From an uncultured Eubacteriales bacterium (GTDB taxonomy: Bacteria; Bacillota; Clostridia; Christensenellales; CAG-138), in NCBI GenBank assembly GCA_900544965.1, contig UQXE01000002.1, forward strand, positions 15,385 to 79,384: DNA of 64,000 nucleotides, given 5' to 3'. The notes under the pieces are model-generated. The model saw only the letters and a program-made list of their open reading frames with translations, did not search any database and had not been told where the DNA came from. A program made the translations under genes and the position numbers. Shown here piece by piece: positions 28,575 to 36,728 of the stretch (position 1 is its first letter; every line of letters begins with the position of its first letter).

Positions 28575-29467
28575 TGATGTCAGAGGCAATTAAAAACAGG
28601 TATGAATTCGTAATTTTATTCGATGTGGAAAACGGGAATCCAAATGGGGACCCTGACGCGGGAAACCTGCCAAGGATGGATCCCGAAAGCGGATACGGCC
28701 TGGTAACGGACGTTTGCATCAAGCGGAAGATAAGGAACTACGTAGAAGCGGTCAAGGAGGATGCTCCGGGCTATAAAATATATATAAAAGAGGATGTTTC
28801 GCTCAACCGAAGTGACAGCAGCGCTTACGAATACCTTGGAATCAATGCCAGCAACGTAAAGGACGCTAAAAAGAGCGATCCTGACCTTGACAGGAAGATA
28901 CGGGATTTCATGTGCCAGAACTTCTTTGATATACGTACGTTCGGTGCGGTTATGACCACCTTTGTAAAGGCGGCGCTGAACTGCGGCCAGGTGCGCGGAC
29001 CGGTGCAAATCGGATTTGCGCGCAGCATCGACCCTGTAATAAGCCAGGAGGTCACCATCACCCGCGTTGCGATTACAAAGGAAGAGGATACCGAAAAAAA
29101 GAGCACGGAGATGGGACGAAAGAGCATAATCCCCTATGCGCTTTACAGGGCGGAAGGCTATGTATCGGCAAATCTTGCCCGTAAAACAACCGGCTTCTCC
29201 GAAGAGGATCTAGAGCTATTGTGGGAAGCCATCCTAAACATGTTTGAAAATGACCGTTCGGCCGCCAGAGGAAAGATGGCTGTCAGGGAGCTTATTGTAT
29301 TTAAGCACAGCAGCGAATTGGGCGATTGTCCAGCTCATAAGCTGTTTGACACAGTGGAGGTTAAGCGCAGGGACGACGTGGAATATCCAAGACAATATGG
29401 GGATTACAGCTTAGAGATACATGAGGACAGAATTCCGGCTACAGTAGAGCTTATAAGAAAGTTATAA
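28574..29467 (+). CDS. cas7c: type I-C Cas7c (Csd2) backbone subunit
   Basis: 297 aa. NRYEFVILFDVENGNPNGDPDAGNLPR.D...G.GLVTDVCIKRKIRNY is the signature Csd2 N-terminus. Confidence 0.92.
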   Translation: MMSEAIKNRYEFVILFDVENGNPNGDPDAGNLPRMDPESGYGLVTDVCIKRKIRNYVEAVKEDAPGYKIYIKEDVSLNRSDSSAYEYLGINASNVKDAKKSDPDLDRKIRDFMCQNFFDIRTFGAVMTTFVKAALNCGQVRGPVQIGFARSIDPVISQEVTITRVAITKEEDTEKKSTEMGRKSIIPYALYRAEGYVSANLARKTTGFSEEDLELLWEAILNMFENDRSAARGKMAVRELIVFKHSSELGDCPAHKLFDTVEVKRRDDVEYPRQYGDYSLEIHEDRIPATVELIRKL

Positions 29468-30132
29468 TGGAATACAGGGAAGACGAATATCTGATGCTTT
29501 CGGGCATACAGCACTTTGCTTTTTGCAGGAGGCAATGGGCCCTTATCCACGTTGAGCAGCAGTGGCAGGAAAACGAACATACTGTTATAGGCGAGCTGTT
29601 CCATAAAAGGGCCCATGACCCCTATTTTCATGAAAAAAGAAATGATCTGATTGTCAGCAGGGGAGTGCCCGTCCATTCCAGATCGATGGGGGTAAGCGGA
29701 GTATGCGATATCATTGAGTTCTATAAGGTTGAGGACGGCATTTCCCTTCACGGGCGCAGGGGGCTGTATAGGGTATATCCGGTTGAATATAAAAAGGGGC
29801 ATCCAAAGGAGACGAGGGCAGACCAGCTGCAGCTTGCGGCTCAAGCAATGTGCCTTGAGGAGATGATGTGCTGTAAAATCGACGAGGGAGCTATATTTTA
29901 TGGGGAAACGCGCCGAAGGGACAGAGTGGCCATTACGGAGGAGCTTAGAGAAGAGGTAGTCAAAACCTTTAAGGAGATGCATGAGCTGTTTAATAGAGGA
30001 TACACCCCAAAGGTAAAATGGTCAAAGAGCTGCAATGCGTGCTCACTCAAAGACCTATGCCTTCCAAAGTTAGGCAGGTCGCCCTCCGTTGCGGAGTATA
30101 TTAAGAATGCGCTCGCAGAGGATGATATATGA
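29467..30132 (+). CDS. cas4: Cas4 RecB-like exonuclease
   Basis: 221 aa. N-terminal Cys (FAFCRRQW), nuclease core (D.IE....L..VEYKKG) and C-terminal C..C....C (CNACSLKDLC). Confidence 0.9.
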   Translation: MEYREDEYLMLSGIQHFAFCRRQWALIHVEQQWQENEHTVIGELFHKRAHDPYFHEKRNDLIVSRGVPVHSRSMGVSGVCDIIEFYKVEDGISLHGRRGLYRVYPVEYKKGHPKETRADQLQLAAQAMCLEEMMCCKIDEGAIFYGETRRRDRVAITEELREEVVKTFKEMHELFNRGYTPKVKWSKSCNACSLKDLCLPKLGRSPSVAEYIKNALAEDDI

Positions 30133-31160
30133 AAAAGCTGCTTAACAGCCTGTATGTTACATCTCCTGAAAATTACCTTTCACTGGACGGGGAGAACATT
30201 GTTATACTTGAAAACGGTCAGGAGCTGGGCAGAATTCCGCTGCATAACTTAGAGGCGGTAATTTCGTTTGGATACAGAGGAGTCAGCCCAGCGCTGATGG
30301 GCAAGTGTTCAGAACAGAATATTTCTCTATGCTTTATCAGTCCTAACGGCAGATTTCTTGCAAGAGTGACAGGGGGCGTTAAGGGAAATGTGATATTAAG
30401 AAAAAAGCAGTACCGGGTTTCTGAGGATGAAAAACTAAGCTTTGAAATAGCTAAAAATTGCGTGTTGGGTAAAGTATATAATTGCCGCTGGGTTTTAGAG
30501 CGGGCCACAAGGGATCACAGCACACAGATAGATCTTGAAAGGGTTAAGCGGGCGTCCTCATTTCTTCAGCAATCGCTTACAAATATTTCATTAAGCCGAT
30601 ATATGGCCCAGCTGCGCGGATATGAGGGAGAAGCCGCGAGCGTCTATTTTGGGGTTTTTGATCAGCTAATCCTTCAGCAGAAGAAGGAGTTTACGTTTCA
30701 TGGCAGAAGCAGAAGACCTCCTCTTGATAATGTAAACGCCATGTTATCCTTTATATATACGCTGCTTGCTAACACTATTGAATCAGCTTTGGAGTCCGTA
30801 GGGCTTGACCCATACGTAGGCTTCATGCATACAGATAGGCCAGGAAGAGCGTCCTTGGCGCTGGACTTAATTGAAGAGCTGCGTTCGGTTCTGGCCGACC
30901 GCTTCGTGCTTACAATGATCAATAAAAAAATGATAACTGGCCGGGGGTTCTCAAAAAAGGAGGATGGGGCGGTAATGATGAAGGATGATACGAAAAAGCT
31001 CATCCTGACCGCATGGCAGAATAAGAAGAAGGATGTAATCACCCATCCCTACCTTGGAGAAAAGGTGGAATGGGGTATGATACCATTCGTTCAAGCCATG
31101 CTGCTGGCCAGACACCTGAGGGGCGATATAGACGAATATCCACCGTTCCTTTGGAAGTAG
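30129..31160 (+). CDS. cas1: Cas1 integrase, type I-C
   Basis: 343 aa. LYV......LS.DGENIVI, GYEG.AA..YF, N..LSF.YT.L, G.DPY.GF.H. Confidence 0.93.
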   Translation: MKKLLNSLYVTSPENYLSLDGENIVILENGQELGRIPLHNLEAVISFGYRGVSPALMGKCSEQNISLCFISPNGRFLARVTGGVKGNVILRKKQYRVSEDEKLSFEIAKNCVLGKVYNCRWVLERATRDHSTQIDLERVKRASSFLQQSLTNISLSRYMAQLRGYEGEAASVYFGVFDQLILQQKKEFTFHGRSRRPPLDNVNAMLSFIYTLLANTIESALESVGLDPYVGFMHTDRPGRASLALDLIEELRSVLADRFVLTMINKKMITGRGFSKKEDGAVMMKDDTKKLILTAWQNKKKDVITHPYLGEKVEWGMIPFVQAMLLARHLRGDIDEYPPFLWK

Positions 31161-31172
31161 GTGATAGCTTTG

Positions 31173-31460
31173 ATGGTTCTTATAACTTACGACGTTAACA
31201 CAGAAACCGCCGAAGGGAGGACCAGACTGAGGAGAGTAGCTAAACAGTGTGTTAATTATGGAACGCGCGTACAGAACTCTGTCTTTGAGTGCCTATTGGA
31301 CAAAGCCCAATGCGTGGCGCTTAAGTCTATGTTAACCGATATCATTGACGAAGAGCTTGACAGCCTAAGATTTTATTATCTGGGAAACAATCATAGGACA
31401 AAAATTGAACATATTGGCGTTGATAAGGGTATTGATATGGAACAGCCGCTGATCTATTGA
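31173..31460 (+). CDS. cas2: Cas2
   Basis: MVLITYDV........RLRRVAK.C.NYG.RVQNSVFEC. The ATG at 31173 lies 8 nt after AGGTGA. The ORF track starts at the GTG at 31161. Confidence 0.9.
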   Translation: MVLITYDVNTETAEGRTRLRRVAKQCVNYGTRVQNSVFECLLDKAQCVALKSMLTDIIDEELDSLRFYYLGNNHRTKIEHIGVDKGIDMEQPLIY

Positions 31461-31656
31461 ACGGAAAAGTCTAAGTACGGAAGCGTAGGCGTCTATTAAT
31501 ATCGCTTTATAGAGGATAATTAAAGAGATTGGCGTTTACAGGTTGAGTTTATTTGTCGCTAACGGTTTTATCCATTGACCATAAGGATTTTAACCTCTGA
31601 AGCTATTTTAATAATATTTATAAGCTTGTATTATTTAGTTATATATACCCTCAGTT

Positions 31657-31687
31657 GACAAGGGCAACAACCTTGTCGGCGTTTTGT
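31657..31687 (+). terminator. hairpin plus short T-run, about 200 nt downstream of cas2 (weak terminator candidate)
   Basis: GACAAGG-gcaacaa-CCTTGTC followed by ggcgTTTTgt. Confidence 0.3.
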
Positions 31688-31936
31688 ATAATGTTTGATT
31701 CTCATATATAATCTGGAACGCATTATGGGATAAAAAGATTATCATAAATAGATACATTATAAATTAAGTTTTATTAACTTTACAAGTACTGAACCCATTA
31801 ATTGAAAACGCCGTGCTAATCTGCAAAATAGATAATCAAAGTATATCAAATGTTTATAAGCGTTTTTATAGCCAGCCGTTATAAATTAATGTGAGCGTTT
31901 GTATATATAGCATATAAGAGGACAGGAGGTGTCTTT

Positions 31937-32812
31937 ATGGAATACAGACGAAGACGTAGGCGCCGTGGGACAAGAAACGGAGGTTCGGGCGCTGGCGGAG
32001 TGGTTTTAGCAATAGTGCTGGTTGCGGGTATGATCTATTTTGTCACCGCATCCTCCGCCGGCACCTGGATCGCGCAAAACGTAGTCGCGCCGCTGTTTGG
32101 TACGGCTACCCACAGTCCGGATCCGTCGGCAACGCCTGATGATAACCCCGCGATAAACTCGGGCGACCTCGTTACACGCGAGATTGATCTGCCATCGATA
32201 TCCTGCTATATGTTGCAGATGGGTGCATTCGAATCCAAAGAAAATGCCGAAAAGCTAGCCAACGATATCAAAGACCAAGGGGCGGCCGGTTACGTATATC
32301 AGGACAGCGAACGCTTCAGGGTGCTTGCGTCGGGATACGGAAGCGAGAGCGACGCCAAGAGCGTAAGGGATAGGCTAAAGGATGAGGGCCATGACTGCAC
32401 GGTATTCAACCTAGCGGCATCAGGAGCAAGTTTCCGCGTTACAGCGACGGAGGCGCAGCTGAACAATGTTGAAAGCGGTTTTAAAGCCCTGCTCGATACG
32501 TGCAATGAAATCATGGAGGCGTCAATATCTTTTGATGAAAATAAATCCCAGGTTTCAGAGGGAAAAGCCGCAGTCGGAGAAATTCTTACAAAACTCAAAA
32601 ATGCAGTAGAACCGCTGAAATCCGTTACATCCTCCGACGAGGTGCTGTTGAGGGTTATTGAATGCTATGATAGATATAGCAGTTTATTATCCGCACTTTC
32701 CAACGAACAAACAGAAAGTTTTGTGGATTTTTCGTCGAAAATGAAGTATACTCAATTACAGTTAACGCATGAATACGTTAAGCTGATGGAGGCGCTGTCC
32801 TCCCAAGGCTGA
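31937..32812 (+). CDS. SPOR domain-containing membrane protein
   Basis: 291 aa. Poly-Arg N-terminus, one TM helix (VVLAIVLVAGMIYFV), then a SPOR-like block (YMLQMGAFESKENAEKLANDIKDQGAAGYVYQD.ERFRVLASGYGSESDAKSVRDRLK). Confidence 0.7.
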   Translation: MEYRRRRRRRGTRNGGSGAGGVVLAIVLVAGMIYFVTASSAGTWIAQNVVAPLFGTATHSPDPSATPDDNPAINSGDLVTREIDLPSISCYMLQMGAFESKENAEKLANDIKDQGAAGYVYQDSERFRVLASGYGSESDAKSVRDRLKDEGHDCTVFNLAASGASFRVTATEAQLNNVESGFKALLDTCNEIMEASISFDENKSQVSEGKAAVGEILTKLKNAVEPLKSVTSSDEVLLRVIECYDRYSSLLSALSNEQTESFVDFSSKMKYTQLQLTHEYVKLMEALSSQG

Positions 32813-32831
32813 CGAAGGAGGGGAATGCGCA

Positions 32832-33191
32832 ATGTTAATATCGGATGTTATCAGGATACTGGACGCAAATATCCTATGTGGAGCCGACCGCACAGATTTG
32901 GAGATAGACTCCGCATTTGGATCTGATATGATGAGCGACGTGCTGGCGTATGTCACGCCCACAACCTTGGTCTTAACAGGCATGATAAATCCTCATGTGA
33001 TACGCACCGCAGAGATGCTTGATGTGCGATGTATAGTATTCGTGCGTGGAAAGCAGGTAAGCGATGATATCATTGAAGAGGCCGACGAGCAGGGAATGGT
33101 GCTTTTGTCAACGACCAAAACCTTATATACATCAAGCGGTCTCTTGTATCAGGCGGGGCTTCCCGCATGCACAAGGAGCGGACAGGCATGA
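32832..33191 (+). CDS. DRTGG domain protein
   Basis: 119 aa. The size and the pattern (L......DVLAYV.P..LVLTG....HVIRTAEM.....IVFVRGK....D.I..A.E.G..LL.T...) fit the small DRTGG family. Assigned from memory. Confidence 0.65.
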   Translation: MLISDVIRILDANILCGADRTDLEIDSAFGSDMMSDVLAYVTPTTLVLTGMINPHVIRTAEMLDVRCIVFVRGKQVSDDIIEEADEQGMVLLSTTKTLYTSSGLLYQAGLPACTRSGQA

Positions 33192-33610
33192 CGGTATTAT
33201 ATAGGGATATATATCCAGTTGAGAGAGGAAATTTCGCCATGGCTGGCGATGCGTCGAGCAAGATAAAGCGGCTGCTTAAACGTATGGATGTAGACCCCGT
33301 CTTGATTAGGGAAGTTGCGATATGTTCATATGAACTTGAGCTTAATCTTGTAATACACTCGCTCGGAGGCGAACTAATCCTTGAGATGACGGAAAATTGC
33401 CTTACACTTACCAGCTCGGATTGCGGTCCAGGGATACCCAATACCGAACTTGCGATGAAAGAGGGATACTCCACGGCGCCGGAGGACGTGCGCATGATGG
33501 GATTTGGAGCGGGAATGGGCCTGCCCAATGTTAAAAGGCATAGCAGCCGATTTACAATTAAATCCGAAGTTGGAAAAGGTTCCATAATAACGGCTGAATA
33601 TGACTTGTGA
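33188..33610 (+). CDS. GHKL-type ATPase / RsbW-SpoIIAB-like serine kinase domain protein
   Basis: The ATG at 33188 overlaps the upstream stop (ATGA). N-box (E.ELNLVIHS), G1 (DCGPGI) and G2 (GFGAGMGLPNV). About 140 aa. Confidence 0.75.
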   Translation: MTVLYRDIYPVERGNFAMAGDASSKIKRLLKRMDVDPVLIREVAICSYELELNLVIHSLGGELILEMTENCLTLTSSDCGPGIPNTELAMKEGYSTAPEDVRMMGFGAGMGLPNVKRHSSRFTIKSEVGKGSIITAEYDL

Positions 33611-33644
33611 CCTGTAGGGTTTTCAAGAAACGGGAGGATGAAGT

Positions 33645-34949
33645 ATGTATAGGCATTCGGTTCGAATAGACAGGCGCAAATGTGTCGGATGCACTAACTG
33701 TATAAAGACCTGTCCTACTGAGGCGATAAGGGTTCAGCAGGGAAAGGCTAAGATGATGGATGAGCGCTGCATTGACTGCGGAAGGTGTCTTTCCGCCTGC
33801 CCGCATCATGCAATGGTTTCTGTTACAACGCCAGTTTCGGCTCTTGGAACATTTAAATATAACATAGTAATACCGTCCACTACACTCTATTCGCAATTTA
33901 AGGGCTTGGAGGATCTTGAGGATATATACGCGGGACTTTACGCAATGGGCTTTGACGCCATATATGAAGAGGCCAAAGCGGTTGAAATATTCTCTGAAGC
34001 TATAAGCAGATATATTCACAGCTCAGATGCCATATATCCGGTTATACCATGCGCATGCCCTGTAGTGCCAAGGCTGATTACGGCGATGTATCCAAACCTA
34101 ATAGACAATCTTGCCCCGTTTGTAGCGCCAAACGAGATAGCCGCGCGTGTTGCAAAGGAAGAGTTCTGCGAGGCCGTAGGAGTTACCAGAAATGAGGTAG
34201 GCGCTTATTATATCTCTGCGTGCGCGGCCGAAATGACGCAGATAAAAAACCCGCTGGGGATCTCAAAAAGTGAAGTTAACGGGGTTTTGTCGGTTAGGGA
34301 TGTATTTACAACCCTGCGAAGTTATGTTGGAAAAAACGAAGCCAACCCAAGAAAGATCGCGTACCGCGCAGGAGCGTTTGGCTTGGGCGCCGCCGTTATA
34401 GGAGGCATCAGTTCAGCCGTGGGCACAGGACATCATCTTGCGGTGGATGGAATCTACAATATCATACAATGCTTGGATGAAATAGATAACGAACGATTGA
34501 ACGACCTGGTTCTGATGGAGCCGCTTGCCTGTGCTGGCGGTTGCATTGGAGGGCCGCTTTCTGTTGAAAACCAGTTCGTAGCCAAAAACCGCAACAGGCG
34601 CATCGCCAATTCACAGCCTCGTTTTGATCTTGAAAACGATGAGCATGTGCAGAAATATATAGGATCGCCCTTGATCCGTTTTGATAAGGAATTCCAGCCG
34701 TTTAACATGATGAAGCTAAGCGACGACGTGGTGGAGGCAATGAGGATGATGGACAGGCTTGAGTGTATAAATAAAAACCTTCCGGGACTTGACTGCGGCT
34801 CATGCGGTTCGCCTACATGCAGAACACTGGCGGAGGATATCGTGCGCGGACATGCCGTGGAGATGGATTGCATATTCAAGCTTAGGGATAAGGTCAGGCA
34901 AATGGCGCAGGAAATGGTGGATTTGGCGAGCGCTCAGAAGCGTGGCTAG
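33645..34949 (+). CDS. [FeFe]-hydrogenase-like Fe-S protein (putative sensory type)
   Basis: 434 aa. Two ferredoxin motifs (CVGCTNCIKTCP, CIDCGRCLSACP). H-cluster-domain-like region with PCACP (res 135-139), SACAAE (res 191-196) and EPLACAGGCIGGP (res 292-304). C-terminal CGSCGSPTC motif. Confidence 0.8.
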   Translation: MYRHSVRIDRRKCVGCTNCIKTCPTEAIRVQQGKAKMMDERCIDCGRCLSACPHHAMVSVTTPVSALGTFKYNIVIPSTTLYSQFKGLEDLEDIYAGLYAMGFDAIYEEAKAVEIFSEAISRYIHSSDAIYPVIPCACPVVPRLITAMYPNLIDNLAPFVAPNEIAARVAKEEFCEAVGVTRNEVGAYYISACAAEMTQIKNPLGISKSEVNGVLSVRDVFTTLRSYVGKNEANPRKIAYRAGAFGLGAAVIGGISSAVGTGHHLAVDGIYNIIQCLDEIDNERLNDLVLMEPLACAGGCIGGPLSVENQFVAKNRNRRIANSQPRFDLENDEHVQKYIGSPLIRFDKEFQPFNMMKLSDDVVEAMRMMDRLECINKNLPGLDCGSCGSPTCRTLAEDIVRGHAVEMDCIFKLRDKVRQMAQEMVDLASAQKRG

Positions 34950-34988
34950 GGTAAATTCGTTTATTAAATTAAGGAGGACATTTTAATT

Positions 34989-35333
34989 ATGAAAGCTGAA
35001 GAATTGGCCGTATTGATAGATGGAGCTATAAAAACGCGGGAAGGCAGGGACAATGAGATATTATGCGGCTGCACATGCGATTTGTTGAGCTGGGTAATGG
35101 CTAAAGGCGTGGCTGGCTGCGCATGGATAACCGTTCAGACCCACATGAACGTAATAGCGGTGGCGTCTCTTCACGATATGGCCTGCGTTATTTGCCCTGA
35201 GGGTATGTCGCCTGAACCGGCTACGGTGGCCAAGGCCGATGAAGAGGGGATAGCTATAATATCTTCTCCGTATACCGCATATAAAATCTGCTGCATTATG
35301 AATCAGCATGGAATTAAACCCGAGCGGGATTGA
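34989..35333 (+). CDS. small DRTGG-like domain protein (second copy)
   Basis: 114 aa. Same size class and similar hydrophobic periodicity as the DRTGG protein at 32832, but Cys-rich (CGCTCD, C..ITV, ACVICP). Weaker assignment. Confidence 0.5.
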   Translation: MKAEELAVLIDGAIKTREGRDNEILCGCTCDLLSWVMAKGVAGCAWITVQTHMNVIAVASLHDMACVICPEGMSPEPATVAKADEEGIAIISSPYTAYKICCIMNQHGIKPERD

Positions 35334-35334
35334 T

Positions 35335-36042
35335 ATGTTGCTTGCATGTGACCTACATATTCATTCGTGCCTGTCTCCGTGCGCCGATATGGCCATGACG
35401 CCCAATAATTTGGTTAACATGGCATATCTTAAGGGCCTTGATATGATCGCTGTGGCAGATCATAACAGCGCTAAGAACCTGCCTGCATGCAAGGCAGCTG
35501 CAGATGAGAGAAATATGCTCCTTTTGCCCGCTATTGAGGCGGAAAGCAGGGAGGAGGTTCATGTGCTTTGCTATTTTCCAACTGTGGAATCAGCGATTGC
35601 TATGGGCGACTACCTGTATCAACATCTGCCGGATATTAAAAACAGTCCGGAGCTGTTTGGTGAGCAGATAGCCATGAACTCCGAGGATGAGCCTATATAC
35701 AGGGAAGAAAAGCTCCTCATACAATCCACGACGCTATCCATTGATAGTATTGCAGACCGGTGCAGAGCGTTCGGCGGCGTGCCTGTGCCGGCACATATAA
35801 ACCGCTCGTCGAATTCGCTGATATCCAGTCTCGGATTTGTTCCTCCTCAAAGCGGATTCACTGCGTTGGAGGTATATCGGGGGCTGCCCGCGGCTGGCGT
35901 GGACGTTGACCAATACCACATACTGTATTCATCGGACGCGCATTATCTGGAAAATATACTTGAGAGGGAGAACTTCATAAACGTAAGGGAAAGGAGCATT
36001 GGTTCGGTACTTGAATATCTGTCCAGCAAAAATGATGTTTAA
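35335..36042 (+). CDS. PHP-domain phosphoesterase
   Basis: The ATG lies 1 nt after the upstream stop. CDLHIHS..SPC and AVADHNS motifs, plus later H and D residues typical of the PHP fold. Confidence 0.8.
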   Translation: MLLACDLHIHSCLSPCADMAMTPNNLVNMAYLKGLDMIAVADHNSAKNLPACKAAADERNMLLLPAIEAESREEVHVLCYFPTVESAIAMGDYLYQHLPDIKNSPELFGEQIAMNSEDEPIYREEKLLIQSTTLSIDSIADRCRAFGGVPVPAHINRSSNSLISSLGFVPPQSGFTALEVYRGLPAAGVDVDQYHILYSSDAHYLENILERENFINVRERSIGSVLEYLSSKNDV

Positions 36043-36143
36043 AAATGATTGTCATAAAAAGTTTGGTTTTCAAATTATAGGAAATAATGTATTATTATAA
36101 TTGGAGTATTGGGACAGAATATCAATTACAGGAGGATTTACTA

Positions 36144-36725
36144 ATGGAAAAAGATAAGCTGAATACCAAGAAACTGATACTGGCCGGCATTTTTTTAGTA
36201 ATAATAGTGCTGATGACGTCCTTGCTGCGCGTGCCGGTGTATCAGACCACCGATAGCGGTACTTCTCCCGTAATCCGTAATAACGGCGATCCGGCGGGAT
36301 CGTACCTGAATCTTGGCGACGCGCCTATATATGCAGCGGCCTTGGTACTTGGCGGGCCGCTTGGAGCGCTTGTAGCAGCTATAGGTTCATGCCTTGCGGA
36401 TCTATTCGTGGGAAGCTCGGTCTATGCTATTCCAAGCTTTATTATTAAGGGCTGCATGGCTTTATTGGCGGCTAGGCTGCTTAAAAAGGGAAGCGGCTGG
36501 ATGGAGCTTATAAAGGTATGCCTGTATTGCTCACTTATAATGATTGCGGGATATTTTCTGTTTGATCTTGTAATAATGGGCGATTACGGGGTTGCATCGT
36601 TCGCGTTGCCGCTTGATTTGCTACAAACTGTGGTTAACACTATCCTCGCTGTACCCGTATTAAAAGTCCTAAGCGGGAAACTCTATAAAGAAAAGGATAA
36701 TGATTTTATTGTTAGGGTGAAATAG
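36144..36725 (+). CDS. ECF-transporter S-component-like membrane protein (substrate unknown)
   Basis: About 193 aa from the ATG at 36144 (AGGAGG upstream). Five or six TM helices. General resemblance to ECF S components only. Confidence 0.45.
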   Translation: MEKDKLNTKKLILAGIFLVIIVLMTSLLRVPVYQTTDSGTSPVIRNNGDPAGSYLNLGDAPIYAAALVLGGPLGALVAAIGSCLADLFVGSSVYAIPSFIIKGCMALLAARLLKKGSGWMELIKVCLYCSLIMIAGYFLFDLVIMGDYGVASFALPLDLLQTVVNTILAVPVLKVLSGKLYKEKDNDFIVRVK

Positions 36726-36728
36726 CGA

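Noticed and set aside
31554-31588. GTCGCTAACGGTTTTATCCATTGACCATAAGG looked like a possible degenerate type I-C CRISPR repeat (GTCGC...ATTGAAA-type).
   Set aside because: Only the first 6 nt and a shifted ATTGA match. There is no internal palindrome and no second copy at spacer distance. This is not enough to call a repeat.
31655-31692. TTGACA (31655) and TATAAT (31687) looked like a consensus promoter after cas2.
   Set aside because: The spacer is 26 nt, too long for sigma-A. The TTGACA is part of the hairpin GACAAGG/CCTTGTC. Only the extended -10 might be functional.
31794-31812. CCCATTAATTGAAAACGCC contains ATTGAAAAC, which resembles the conserved 3' handle of I-C repeats.
   Set aside because: It is a single occurrence with one extra A, with no upstream GTCGC stem and no periodicity. 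It is likely chance in AT-rich DNA.
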